64,000 nt of DNA from Massalongia carnosa (lineage: Eukaryota), in assembly GCA_965645245.1 (NCBI GenBank), contig OZ287078.1, forward strand, positions 1,116,001-1,180,000. Reading direction: 5' to 3'. Within the stretch, counting starts at the first letter, position 1, and each line of letters opens with the position of its first letter. Shown in pieces: positions 49,837 to 60,776 of the stretch. The translations under genes and the position numbers were made by a program. The notes under the pieces are model-generated. The model worked only from the letters and a program-made list of their open reading frames with translations. It was not told the origin of the DNA and made no database searches.

Positions 49837-52344
49837 GTCGATGGCTGATGTTAGCTTAGTGGCAGAGAAACTCGGCAAATGTAAAGACTTGTCACAGCAG
49901 CCGAAGCTGCAGTGACTGAAGACGAAGACAACGTATAATTTACTTTAAGGCAAGGTATACCTGTATGTAATAAAACGGCTTTAATGTTGTTTGATTTCTA
50001 GATGTTACTGTGTGTATCTGTTCCGCAAGTCTCAAAACGGTAAGCGTAGCCCTAAAACCAAATTTACGCGAGCGGCAAGCGTCTACAAAAAGTAACACAT
50101 AGCATTAGCAGTCCACGTTCGGCGGCTAATATGTCATGTGCTGAATAAGGCTTAAGTAGCTCTCTAAATAAAATCGGCCGTTTGACTTACCGACGTGTAA
50201 ATCTGATTGAATGAAACTTATATCACAAGTCGATCTTGGTGCTGTGTTGTTCTCCAACGCATGAGAGAAAACATGAGATTCAAATAGCAGACCTGGAGAT
50301 AGAAGAGTAGATGGCCATTTCTACGAGCCAGAAAACCTGAAGTTCTTCAGCGGTACACGCACTGATATTGATTACTACGGTAAGAGTAATCATCAGCTTC
50401 ATGATTGTCACAGGCCAGCCTAGGCGTCCCCTAGACCTTTAGTTATAAGTAGTAGTATAAGTCCATAGTTTTCCAACTGTGGATTGTGCCTTTTGGCCCG
50501 CTGATTGGAGTGGTCAAACCTATACCGTCCGCTCCCGTTACAATGATGAACGTTCGACTTCTGTGTATCATAAGAGCTACTTCTGTGAATTAATTCATCG
50601 ACAATAGTTTCTATTTTTGAGTCCATGAGATTTATTTCAGTTATGGATTTAGTTTTTTTATCACAAAGATAAAGCACGTACTTCAATATAGTCAAGCCTT
50701 TTTGAGTCGATTATTCACATGATCCATTTCAACAATCATTCGGTTTGACGAGGCTCGGGTAGCCTTATCCGCAGAGTCTTAATTTTCTACTTCTTATTGA
50801 CTATCAGATGTCATGCCCAAAAAGACGATACTTGATGTAAGTGGGAAATCAGCCTATTGAAACTTCTTCAAGTGATATCATGCTCACTTGTAGCTTAGTC
50901 CTGCTGTCATCTTGAAAATATTTTATCTATCGCCTCAATCTCATCCATGACGAGGGCCTGTAAACATTGATGATGGGCCACTTCCCATAGCTGCAGCATG
51001 CCCACCATGAGCCACCCGCCATAAGCCACCCAAATAACCACAATGGCTGTCCGCCATACCACCATCATGGGCCACCTGCTATGAGCCACCTATCATACTA
51101 GCAGCCATTCGCCGTACTAACAGCATGTCCACCTCAACCACCCTGGGCCACCCGTCATGCCAGTAGCATGTCCACTCGTGAGGTTCGATTCCTAGGCTGT
51201 TGTAATGTGCAAAGTCACCCGGCTGATGCCTAGTAAAGTGTTCAGAGTCACATGGTACCGCATTGGGATTAGTGCGTTGGTAAGAACATTAGGCAACACA
51301 TAACGACCTCGAGAAGCACCACAAAACTTCTATGAACATTCCCATCGAGTCATAAATTGGATATGAGTCAATCACCAATCTTAGATTTCTAGGAAGCAGG
51401 AAGGTGAGTCATAGGGAGAACGGTTTTCGGCATGTTTTTCTATCTATATAAACACGGTCCTTAGATAGGTAGATAGAAAGATCAATCGTTTCAAAAGTGA
51501 GCTTTTTACTATGCCAGCAGAGCTTCAATTTCAATATAGGCTACCGTAGATGTACAGGGGGTCGCCGAGCGACGAGATGAGGCGAATCGTGATAGCATGG
51601 GAAGAGAATAAGACCGACGGACCGTGACGGACAGGTGAAGATACCAGAGCCGGAAGGGAAAAGAAGGATTAGGGTTAGTGTGGCACAGGTGAAGTCAGTG
51701 ATGGATTAATCTGTACATTCCTAATGTGCTCGAATGTCAAGTGGAAGCCATCTCGGTGGCCATGCCATACCCACATTTCTCCCCAAAACGAACGACTAAA
51801 AACGGCAGGCAAAAGATCACAACTGGTGGACATCGATCATGATAGCCACGGTTCCGTTGGGGCATATATCATGGTTCTATTTGGCGGGTTATCCAATCTG
51901 GAGGAGTACAGTCGTTGCAATTAGCCTAGGATGTCATTCAGCTCGCACATAGAGGAGCACAATGCAAGATGCATTGCAAATATTGCAGTGGAGCTGTAGC
52001 GTTAAATCAAGGAATGGGCGAAGAACGGAAACTTCAAACATGGCTTACTAGACTTCCCTTATATCTCTCTAGTGCTCCTTTCCGTCAGAAAAAGGGCTGT
52101 GTGCTGTCTATGTAACGAGCACGAGAAATCCAGTACGGGTGAAGGAAAGAAAGAAAGAAAGAAAGAAAAAGAGAACATGAATCGATGATATAGTCAGGTT
52201 TTTCTCGTTATTCTACATGAAGCCTTTGTTTATCTTGCTTGAAACTTGCTGTGTATAGCCCCTTCCTTAGTCTTTGATCTTATATCATTATTCCCAGTGT
52301 TTCTTCAAATCGTTCTCTGTGTCCTGCACATCGACTGAAGAGTA

Positions 52345-53401
52345 TTAAAAATCAGCGACATTCCGAGTTGCTTGTGATTTGATTAGGACCTCATTCATCT
52401 CGTGCAACGAGATATGAATGCTTATGGAGGACAAGATTTGATAGTTCTCTGTCGAATAACCTCTCAAAATGCAATCGACGCGAAATGAGAAAGCATGAGA
52501 TTTAATCCTCTTCCTAGGCCAACTATGCCGTCAGGATATCGAAAGACCGTGTCAATTTAGAAATCCGTATGAGACAAGACAAGAATTCAAATAAACTTAC
52601 CTCCTCGCGGCTACGTTGTGCAACAAAGGATCCATTCAGAACTGCAATCCATACTATCATCACAGAACAGCCCTTGTGAAGCTTTTCCTCTCCGCGGCCT
52701 TTTGAATTGAGCATGAAACCAACGACGATGGAGATACCACCGACTGAATCAGAAATAAATTCCTCGTTATGTCCTCCAAGCTGTCATATAACTGACTCTT
52801 CGCAAAGGCTTCAGCGTTGGAAGATGAAGAGGTTATATTGAATTAGCCATTGGCATTGTGTGTAGTGGGATTTTATGAGCGTAGAGTCCTCGGAGAATCT
52901 GCATCAGAGGTTGAGAACTCTTTCGGCTCATAGCAAGGATCCTTTGACTGAGTCTAATCGAACGATGCGGTACCCAAAGCTATAATGTTTGATGCAAACG
53001 TCCTCTGTAATTCCATCTCGACCGACATCAATTGCTCATTGATTTTGCCCACAATCTGATGAAGAAAGATTTCATGTTCCAAAGAAATCGACATGATCTG
53101 TAGTTGCTGCTTCGCGGAGTCCTAATTGTAACTACATGTTGTTAGCAGTACTCAAAAAGATCTGTGATTTCAGAACCAACTGTAGCTTATCGTATGCATA
53201 ACCGTGCGATGAGTGTTTCGGGTTTGCAAGAATATCCCATGCACGTTTATACTCTCGCACCCCTATGAAGAATATTGAATTCTTTCGCTCTAGTTGACCG
53301 TGCTTCCTGCGAACAATTCGATCCAGAAACTCATTAGCGGTGAGAATACGAGGAAGTCTATCATTCATGTCAGAATCATGCTTATCTGAAGAATCTGACA
53401 T
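52345..53401 (-). pseudogene. Disrupted fungal gene, resembling Uma2/PD-(D/E)XK-like hypothetical proteins
   Basis: Exon 1 is intact (MSDSSDKH...YDKLQL) and is followed by an intron. The sequence then reads YN*DSAKQQLQIMSISLEHEIFLHQI...FD*, KSQLYDSLEDITRNLF, a frameshift, then SVGGISIVVGF. A second GTAAGT intron lies at ~52599. Several stops and frameshifts. The family assignment is a recalled pattern only. Confidence 0.5.
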
Positions 53402-54405
53402 GATAATGTCTTCGAGAATGATGAGGAAGACACAGAACATGAGAAAGCGAGATAGAACCTCACGAGCAGAATAGTTGCAGTGAAGGAAGGAAAGATGCTC
53501 TGTACAGGATCCAGTATAATAAAAATCTACAATAATACTTATGTTATGTCCGCGAGACCTCTTATCGCCGATATGTGTGAAAAGTATATCGGCGAAAGCC
53601 GGACATAACAATTTCGATTTTGCGGAATAAACAACTATCACGCTGGCACGCTGGCAACCCTTGTCAGGAATAAAGATATTCCGCATACAGTTTGAGCGGA
53701 TGGTTGCAGATAAGTGAAAACAAACCCACCTGGCCAGCGCTTGATAGCGCTAACAGGAATCGAACCTATTAAGTATGATAATAAATGAATTTGGCTCACT
53801 ATTGATGGGTAAGAGAATATGCTAGTTTCTTTAGCCATCTCGCTGCTGAGATGTTGCCTTTTCCGAAGAAACAGCTACAGAAATTAAAAACGTGGGGTCT
53901 GGGATGTTAGCTATGATAGGAACTGAATTCGGTGATCTGAATATAGTACTTTGTGGGAGTGAGATTAGATATCGGACTAGTTCTTGATGCAAAATATCTG
54001 AATGTGTCATCTTGACTTCTTTTGAGATGAGACTGAAAGGATTGAGTAGAATTCTGACTGAGTAAACTTGGACAATTATGACCTGATATTTGCACTGATA
54101 CTTTAATAAACGACGTCTGCTATCAGGGCTTTTTTCTCGATCGCATCGTGGTCGTCAAAAAACATGGGGGCCAGTACGACGACAGGCCGAAAGGGCTAGT
54201 TTCATTAAGGTTAGCTACTTAAGGAAGCTGCGTTCCCGTCTTCTGGGCGCCTTTTTTGGGCACCATATACCTAACTTACCTAATCAATTCTGGAAAGAGT
54301 ATAGAGTAAACAAACACGACTTTCTTTAGCAGTCTATGAAGGATACTATCTATGTTCATGGCTACTCCTAGCAATTGAATACTGGAAAGCTTTAAAGCCA
54401 TTACC

Positions 54406-56636
54406 ATGCTCGGCTGGCTTACAGGCTCCTCGCGCCCTGCTGATTTGCGAGATATGCGTAAGGATGGTATGCATACTTCCCGTCGCTGAAATTGCCTGTT
54501 CTTACCTCGCTCTACGTAGAAGATGATGGACAAACGTACTTTGAGGAACCCCCAGAGACACCTGCGCCTCTATTCGCAATTCGAGCTTTCAAAGCTGCGC
54601 TTTTTGGAACCCCACATACTGACCAGGACATACCTCAACCCACTGCACCTTACATGGCGCCCAAGCAGAAAGCTAGGGATCAGGAGTCTTCCCCTCGCGT
54701 GGTGCCTGTGAAAACTCCTAAGCTTCAGCACAAAGTGGATGAGGAAAATAATCCCAAGGCGCGCATGGGGTCGTTGATCTCACCTGCAAAAGGCATACTT
54801 GTGACACCTGGCACTGTAACGACCCGTCGAAAGAATGTGTCATTTGGCGGCCTGGCATTGAACAACGAGGCACCCACCCAAGATTTCAAAAAGCTTCAAA
54901 GATTTGATCTAGCATCAAGTTCGAGCACCTACGATCAAACAGGCGAGGAATCCTTGGTTGAGGCAAAACACATTCAAACAAATCTTACAAAGGCCTTGTA
55001 TAAAGCAAGAATCAGCTCATTAAATGAGCCATTGAACCAAAATGAGGCGGCGAAAACTTCACATGGTAATAGCAACTCTAACAAGTCAAACGAAACCTTT
55101 AACGCCAAGCCCAAAAGCCAAGATGACGTTACTGATCTCACCGCTGATACTACTATTGATCTTAATCAACCTTTCTCCAGGTCTGGACAACACTGGAAAG
55201 CTGAATTTGAGCGATATCACAAGAAGTCTCACCGCGAAATGAAGAAGATTATTAAGCAAGGGCAAAATGTCAAGTCGTTTGCCGCCAAGAAAGATTCGGA
55301 AGCTTCAGAATTAGGCGAAAAACTACGTCGGGAATTATCCAAAGTTGCTACCATGGAGGCTAAGGTCTCTAAATTAGCAGCTCAGCTGGGTAATACCCGT
55401 GTGCAGGACTCGGAGAGTGTGAATCAAGCGAAATTAGTTGACGATCTGGCCAAACAAACAGCTTTAGCAGTTCGATACAAGCAGAAAGCGGATCGGTACA
55501 GACTTGCTCTCCTCAAGAAAACTGCAGCTGTTGCTCTAGCTGAGAACGGCGTGGATACAACCCCCCCAAGGAGTATATCAATACATTCCCAACATGATTT
55601 CGAGGTGGTCCAGCCGAGACTTCTACTACAAGCTGAGCTCGACAAGGTTCAAGAACGCGTAAAGCTTGCCGAAGACAAGGCTCGTAGTCTTGAGAGTGAG
55701 AATATGATCCTAAAAAACAGCCTAGCAAAGCTGAGAGCAGAAGCATCAAGCTATGAGATGAAGCGTCTGGCACGCGAGGAAGCTTCAAAGGAGAAAGAAG
55801 CAGGCATTTTTGCTGTGAAAGAACATTGCGAAGCCCTACTCTCCCAAACAAAACCCGAATACCTAATTTTGAAGAAACAATCAGGCTTGCAGAACGTATC
55901 TCCAGACAAAGTCCAGAATAAAGAAGAAGAGGTCTCGATAACGCAAAGAGAATTCAAGGGGGGCGAGTCACAAGCTATAACGACAGGCCCAGATATTAAT
56001 GTTCCGATGAAGGATTTACCATTTAAGAATGTTCTGAGATCGAAGACGCAACAATCTCATATAGACATCTGGACCCTAAGCGCAAGGCCAGAAGGGTTGA
56101 ATGACACCCTAGTCATAAACCGACGTGCTCCTACCCACGTATCTGAGCTCGGACCTAAAGAAATCACAAACGTGCTCAAGGAACTCGACCAGAACTCGGT
56201 GCCAAAGCAAAGTCCCGACAAAAATTTACCCTCATACTCAACTCCCCCAATTAGGCTTTTCGACAGCCAGCCAAAACAGAACTACCCAACTGATAGTAGC
56301 TTAATAAAGAAAGACCTTCCCCAGAACCTGAACTCCGCAAAACGACCTCTTAGCCTCAATTCCCACCCCGTGCAACCCGCCGCCGCAAAACGGACCCAAG
56401 ACTGTCACACTACTATCTCCTCTCCCCGCCCGTCAATGCTGAGTTTCCCTCCCACCCCCCTCGCCTCTACCATCACAACATCCTCTACATCCAACCAACC
56501 TACTGTGAAACATTTACCCGCCACTTCCCGCACAAGCACCGCTGTAGATGGCGGCGCGAGACGGCATACTTCGCTACCAGCGGAGCGGGTCGCGGCCGCA
56601 AGGGCAAGGTTGAGGGAGAAAGCCGTGAAAAGATAG
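54406..56636 (+). CDS. Cut12-domain (spindle pole body-associated) coiled-coil protein
   Basis: MLGWLTG first exon, intron ~54467-54519. Motifs PETPAPLFAIRAFKAALFGTP, KGILVTPGT..RRKNVSF and TIDLNQPFSRSGQHWKAEFERYH, followed by coiled coils. Confidence 0.8.
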
Positions 56637-57560
56637 GAGAGCTGAGGGAGGGGAAGGGGTGGTGGCGAGGCGGGAGGGGGGTTTTGGTGGAGGAGGAAGA
56701 AGGGTAAGTGAAGCGCGGGTAAGGAAGCGAACAAAAGTGGCGTTATTTATCATTATTTGTGAATTGGGAGTATGAGAATGCACAAGTTGGGGAGCTTGTT
56801 AGGGAGCTACAGCTGATGACTCGTGGAGGCGTTTTTGTAATGGGAGCTTGCGGTGCTAAAAGGATATTTCAATCATCACTTGGGATTAAGGGGGGAGACA
56901 ATTTCTCACATGGCATTGTATTCATTCATGCAAGGCAGTCACAATGTTCCCGTGGGGGACGAGAAAAGGGAAAGGGGAAAAGGGCAAATTGGGATTGGAC
57001 TATTTCTTGGCGCTTTAGTACCTAACTACTTATGTACCTTACCCTAGGTAGGTATTGTATTGCCTTCGCCACCTGTAGAATCAATGCGAAATCCGTAATG
57101 CCCGCCTTCTTACTGATCTACTACTTTAGAACCCCACCCTCCCCCGTCCTCCCAGTCCTACTCCCATCCAGCCATTAAAACCAAAGCCCACGAAAAGCAA
57201 GCCATTATATCGATTCCTTCCTTCCATCCTAGCACATTACGCACAGAAAAAAGAACCCCCTTCCCGAAATCCGCTTTACAGATGAAAAACGCCATTGCGA
57301 GAAACTTGATTTGAGGAAAATCAAGCCCAGGCTCCACCAGCCGTCCAGCCTTTGAGATTCTTTAAGGCACAACGCCGACAGAAACACCGGTGTCGCTATG
57401 CCGCAAAGAAAGTTATCGTTTGAAAGAGCAGAGATTTTGGGTGTGGGTTAGGTAGTGACTGAGTCAATGGAAAGGTACGGGTAACGAGAAGCGAGATGAA
57501 GCTTCGCTAAGCTTGAGTGGCGATGCTTTAGAGCTCATGCAGGTGGTCCTCGTCGTCGTT

Positions 57561-58393
57561 TTACTCATCCTCGTTTTCCGTGTCGGGCATCTCGTCATCC
57601 TCCTCATTATCGCTCTCCCGGTCCGGTAACCCGTCGTCCTCCTCATCCTCAATTTCCGCATCAGTATCACTGCCACCAAACTCAGCTTCGCCGTCACTAT
57701 CAATCCAGAATTCATGATCGTCGTCCCTATCAATTTTCCGTATGCTGATCGGCTCGTGGGTTGGCATCACATATCCCGTAGGGATATCTTTCCTCGAGAT
57801 CTCTACGGCCTCCTTGACAAGAGCCTTGTATTTCTCTGGGTTTTTGCGGAGCATCACGCCCGCGTCGACGTTGGCGGGGGAGGAGCATTCGGCGTCATCG
57901 AGGAGGGAAATGATGGATAAGAGGACGGATTCAACGCGCTGAGCTGGTGACCAGCGCTCCGCAGCCGTTTCGCCTGACATCTCGTCCTCACCAGGGGCGT
58001 GCAGGATGGAGATGCAGAGCTTGCCGTCCTTGTAAATATTTGGATGGTAGAGAGGCCGACGGAACTGAAATTCTGTAGATTTGACGCTTTGTTAGTTAAG
58101 ATCCGGGGGGGGGTGGGGGGTGAGTGTCTCTTTAAGGGATTACCAGGTGGAGCGTAAGGGTAGTTTTTGGGGAATTTCATGTTGGCTTCAAAGTAGCCGC
58201 CGTAATACAAGGAATCGGGGTTGATGATGATGAGGGCAATGTTCCAGTCGAAGACATTGTCTTCACTCAACTTTGTAACAATTTAGTTGTGACAGTCCTT
58301 TTCAAAGGTCGTCAAACATGTGCTTACCTCCACGTTGACCCATCTCTCTTGGGACAGTGCCTTGTACTCGTTCATGAGAATACGTTCCGCCAT
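57561..58393 (-). CDS. CDC34: Ubiquitin-conjugating enzyme E2, Cdc34/Ubc3-like
   Basis: MAERILMNEY, YHPNIYKDGKLCISILH (catalytic Cys), acidic loop PGEDEMSGE, ERWSPAQRVES, SPANVDA and an acidic tail. Two introns. Confidence 0.85.
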
Positions 58394-58949
58394 GCTTGAG
58401 AATGCGAGGGGGAGGAGCAACGAGGTAGATTGTGAAGTGACTTTGAAATGACGGGCTGATTAAGTTGTGCCTGCTTGTTTTATTCTAATCGCTTGTTTGT
58501 AGGATTTTGAGTTTATAGTAGGGAGAATTCAAGATGCCATGATATGATTCAACATTGACGTGGTCAGAGAAAGAGGCGGTCTCCCAAGCATCAGAAGATC
58601 ATAAGATCATAATTTGAAGTTGTCAGTCATAGGAAAGATGGTAATAGCCCGTGACAAGCGATGGCTGCTGACTGATGGTTGATGACTGATGAGGCCAAGC
58701 TTCATGGCTAAGATATCCGCCCACATTGATTCACGTTACTCTGTGCTGGGCATGGACCCACCGAGGCTCGAAATAGATAACGTTCCGGAGTACGGAGTAC
58801 GGGAGTACGTAACTACACGTATGTGGGGTGGTGGGGTGGTTGGTTAGTGTTACTTTGTCCATTCGGGCTGACGAACTAGCTCCCGCCCTCCGCATACACT
58901 TTACCGCTCGCTAAGCTTCCCACCTCTTCAAATGGATCAAGCGTACGGA

Positions 58950-60720
58950 GTACTCCGTAAGAGGTACTAGGTCCTGGGCTCTCGCATTTCTCTTTTCTTC
59001 CACCTTCTCACTCCTCCAACATTCCTCCATATTTCTTGCTTCCTTTCTCCTAAAATCAAACTTGAGACATTTGACTTCGAGCATTGGAGCCACCTAGTGG
59101 CTAATTAGTATGCTTATTGCAGTAGCGGTCTCCTACACCATCAAAGTATCTAGCTAGATGTATCATTGAAAGGTTGGGATTAGCCATTAGCTTGAAGCTG
59201 CTAACCCTAGCTGCTAACCCTACTAAATCGTCGACGAAAGGCTCAATCACCTTCTTACATCCTCCTATGAGCTTATCGAAACTTTACTCGTTCGCTACAA
59301 TTGTTAGCTACGAATAGGTAAACACCTAGCGGTCTCACCAAGTCCTTCAAGACGCCAATGACATAGCCGACCAATAATTCAAACTTTATAGGATTTGTTC
59401 TTGGTGCTTAAGTACTTGTTATGGAAGATTTGAAATTAATTCTGAAAAAGAAACATAAAATTACAGAAAAGAGCGAATCTTTATATTTCTTGTATTGGAT
59501 GTTTGTAGACCAAAAAGTCTGCCGCTCGCTTTCCCGTAGTTGAGTTTGCTGTTTGCCTGTCATTCTCTTATCTGCTATATTAGGGTCTGCATTTGCAAGG
59601 GCTTTCGGGTCTCGATCGCATATTTTTTCATATCTTTAAGGTTTACTCTACGTTTCGTAGGTTACCCTTGTTATCTTTGAACAGAATTGACATGTCGCTG
59701 GTGCGGTAACTCTAGGTGGTCTCGTTAGCATAACCTACGCATTTCTCTGAAGCTGCCGTGTCCCGCCATGTTACCTCGCTCTGCAGGTGGAAAATAAAAT
59801 CACTGTGACGAACTAATTAATATTATGGATCGGTTCCAAGAACTTCTCTGCAACTCAAGGAGCCAGCATACCTGCTAGGTTCCGCATCATCTCTTTATGG
59901 AGGGAAAGCCTTTGGGCTATACCTTGATCCTCATGCTGCTCTCCGCCAGTGGTAAGATCTGCACTTTCTAACCCCTGGGTATCGTATGGTAGCTATTTTT
60001 CTAATCAGTAACCCCGAAAGAGGGTTATAAGGTACCCGCCGCATGGAGGTTTGGGTTTCAACGTTTGGTAGTAACGAATAATTATCGAAATGAATCAGAA
60101 TCAATATTTCGATGATTTTGTTTTTAATTCATGATCAAGTTGCATTGACCGAATGTATTTTCGACGGACTGGCATCCTTGAAGGTGGAGCAAGGCGCTGT
60201 ATCAGGGAGGTAGAGTAACGATTCAATGTACATATATAATTTTGCGTTAGAAAAGGCTGTTTGCCAAAGGCAGAGCGATGACGGACGAGGAACGGCAAAT
60301 AAGCTGGGAGTAGGCAAGTGGCCACCTCCGCAGCTGCTGTAAAAGAACGCCACTCAACAATAATATTACTCTTGTCTTATTCGAATATTCACTTCTATGT
60401 CTATACTGTGAACAGAGTGGATTACGGAAGTTCTGCGGCAAGCGGCGATGGATCCCTGCGGTTGATCATGACTGCATCAACCTTTTTAGCGGAGGACCAA
60501 ATTCTAAGAGCTCAAAAGTCCTCACTCATCGCTTATGTACAACACTCCATGTTTACTATCGCATTTTGACAAGGCTCTTGGAGTTAGAGCAGTTCTGGAA
60601 TTGCGTTAGTGTGCATCGTTACTTCAACTTCGTACCGTAACGCCTTACCTTGGTTAATCCTCATGTCAGAGCTAAAATAAGAGAAGAGCAGGCTCTTCCA
60701 CCTATTTTGTCGCCATGAGG
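58950..60720 (+). ncRNA. TER1: Putative telomerase RNA (TER/TR); ends approximate
   Basis: The ~2.4-kb gap has no credible ORF. It contains, in order: template-like CTAACCCTA (59201-59209 and 59214-59222); crossing helices plus a U-rich tract (59623-59628) and an A-rich tract GGAAAATAAAAT (59789-59800); a three-way junction at 60500-60602 with a P6.1-like hairpin GGCT-CTTGG-AGTT; and an Sm-like ATTTTG at 60704-60709. Confidence 0.75.
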
Positions 60721-60776
60721 ATGGCTCGCGACCTTGTGTGACGAGCTGTCAGTTTACATAAACACTGAATAGCGCT

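Noticed and set aside
51150..51200. tRNA gene suggested by GGTTCGATTCC
   Set aside because: The T-stem is mismatched, and no acceptor, D or anticodon arms can be built.
51668..51678. TTAGGGTTAG as an interstitial telomere or minus-strand TR template
   Set aside because: It is an isolated 10-mer in a decayed region with no pseudoknot or junction elements seen nearby. It should still be compared in a genome-wide TR search.
52345..53401. Gene with premature TAG stops rescued by sexual-stage A-to-I editing
   Set aside because: It also has TAA/TGA stops and frameshifts, which editing cannot plausibly repair.
59952..60008. Intron-like GTAAGA...CTAAT-CAG and CTAACCCC inside the putative TR
   Set aside because: There are no flanking coding exons, and CTAACCCC is not a 1.5-repeat template. 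Treated as chance unless RNA-seq shows splicing.
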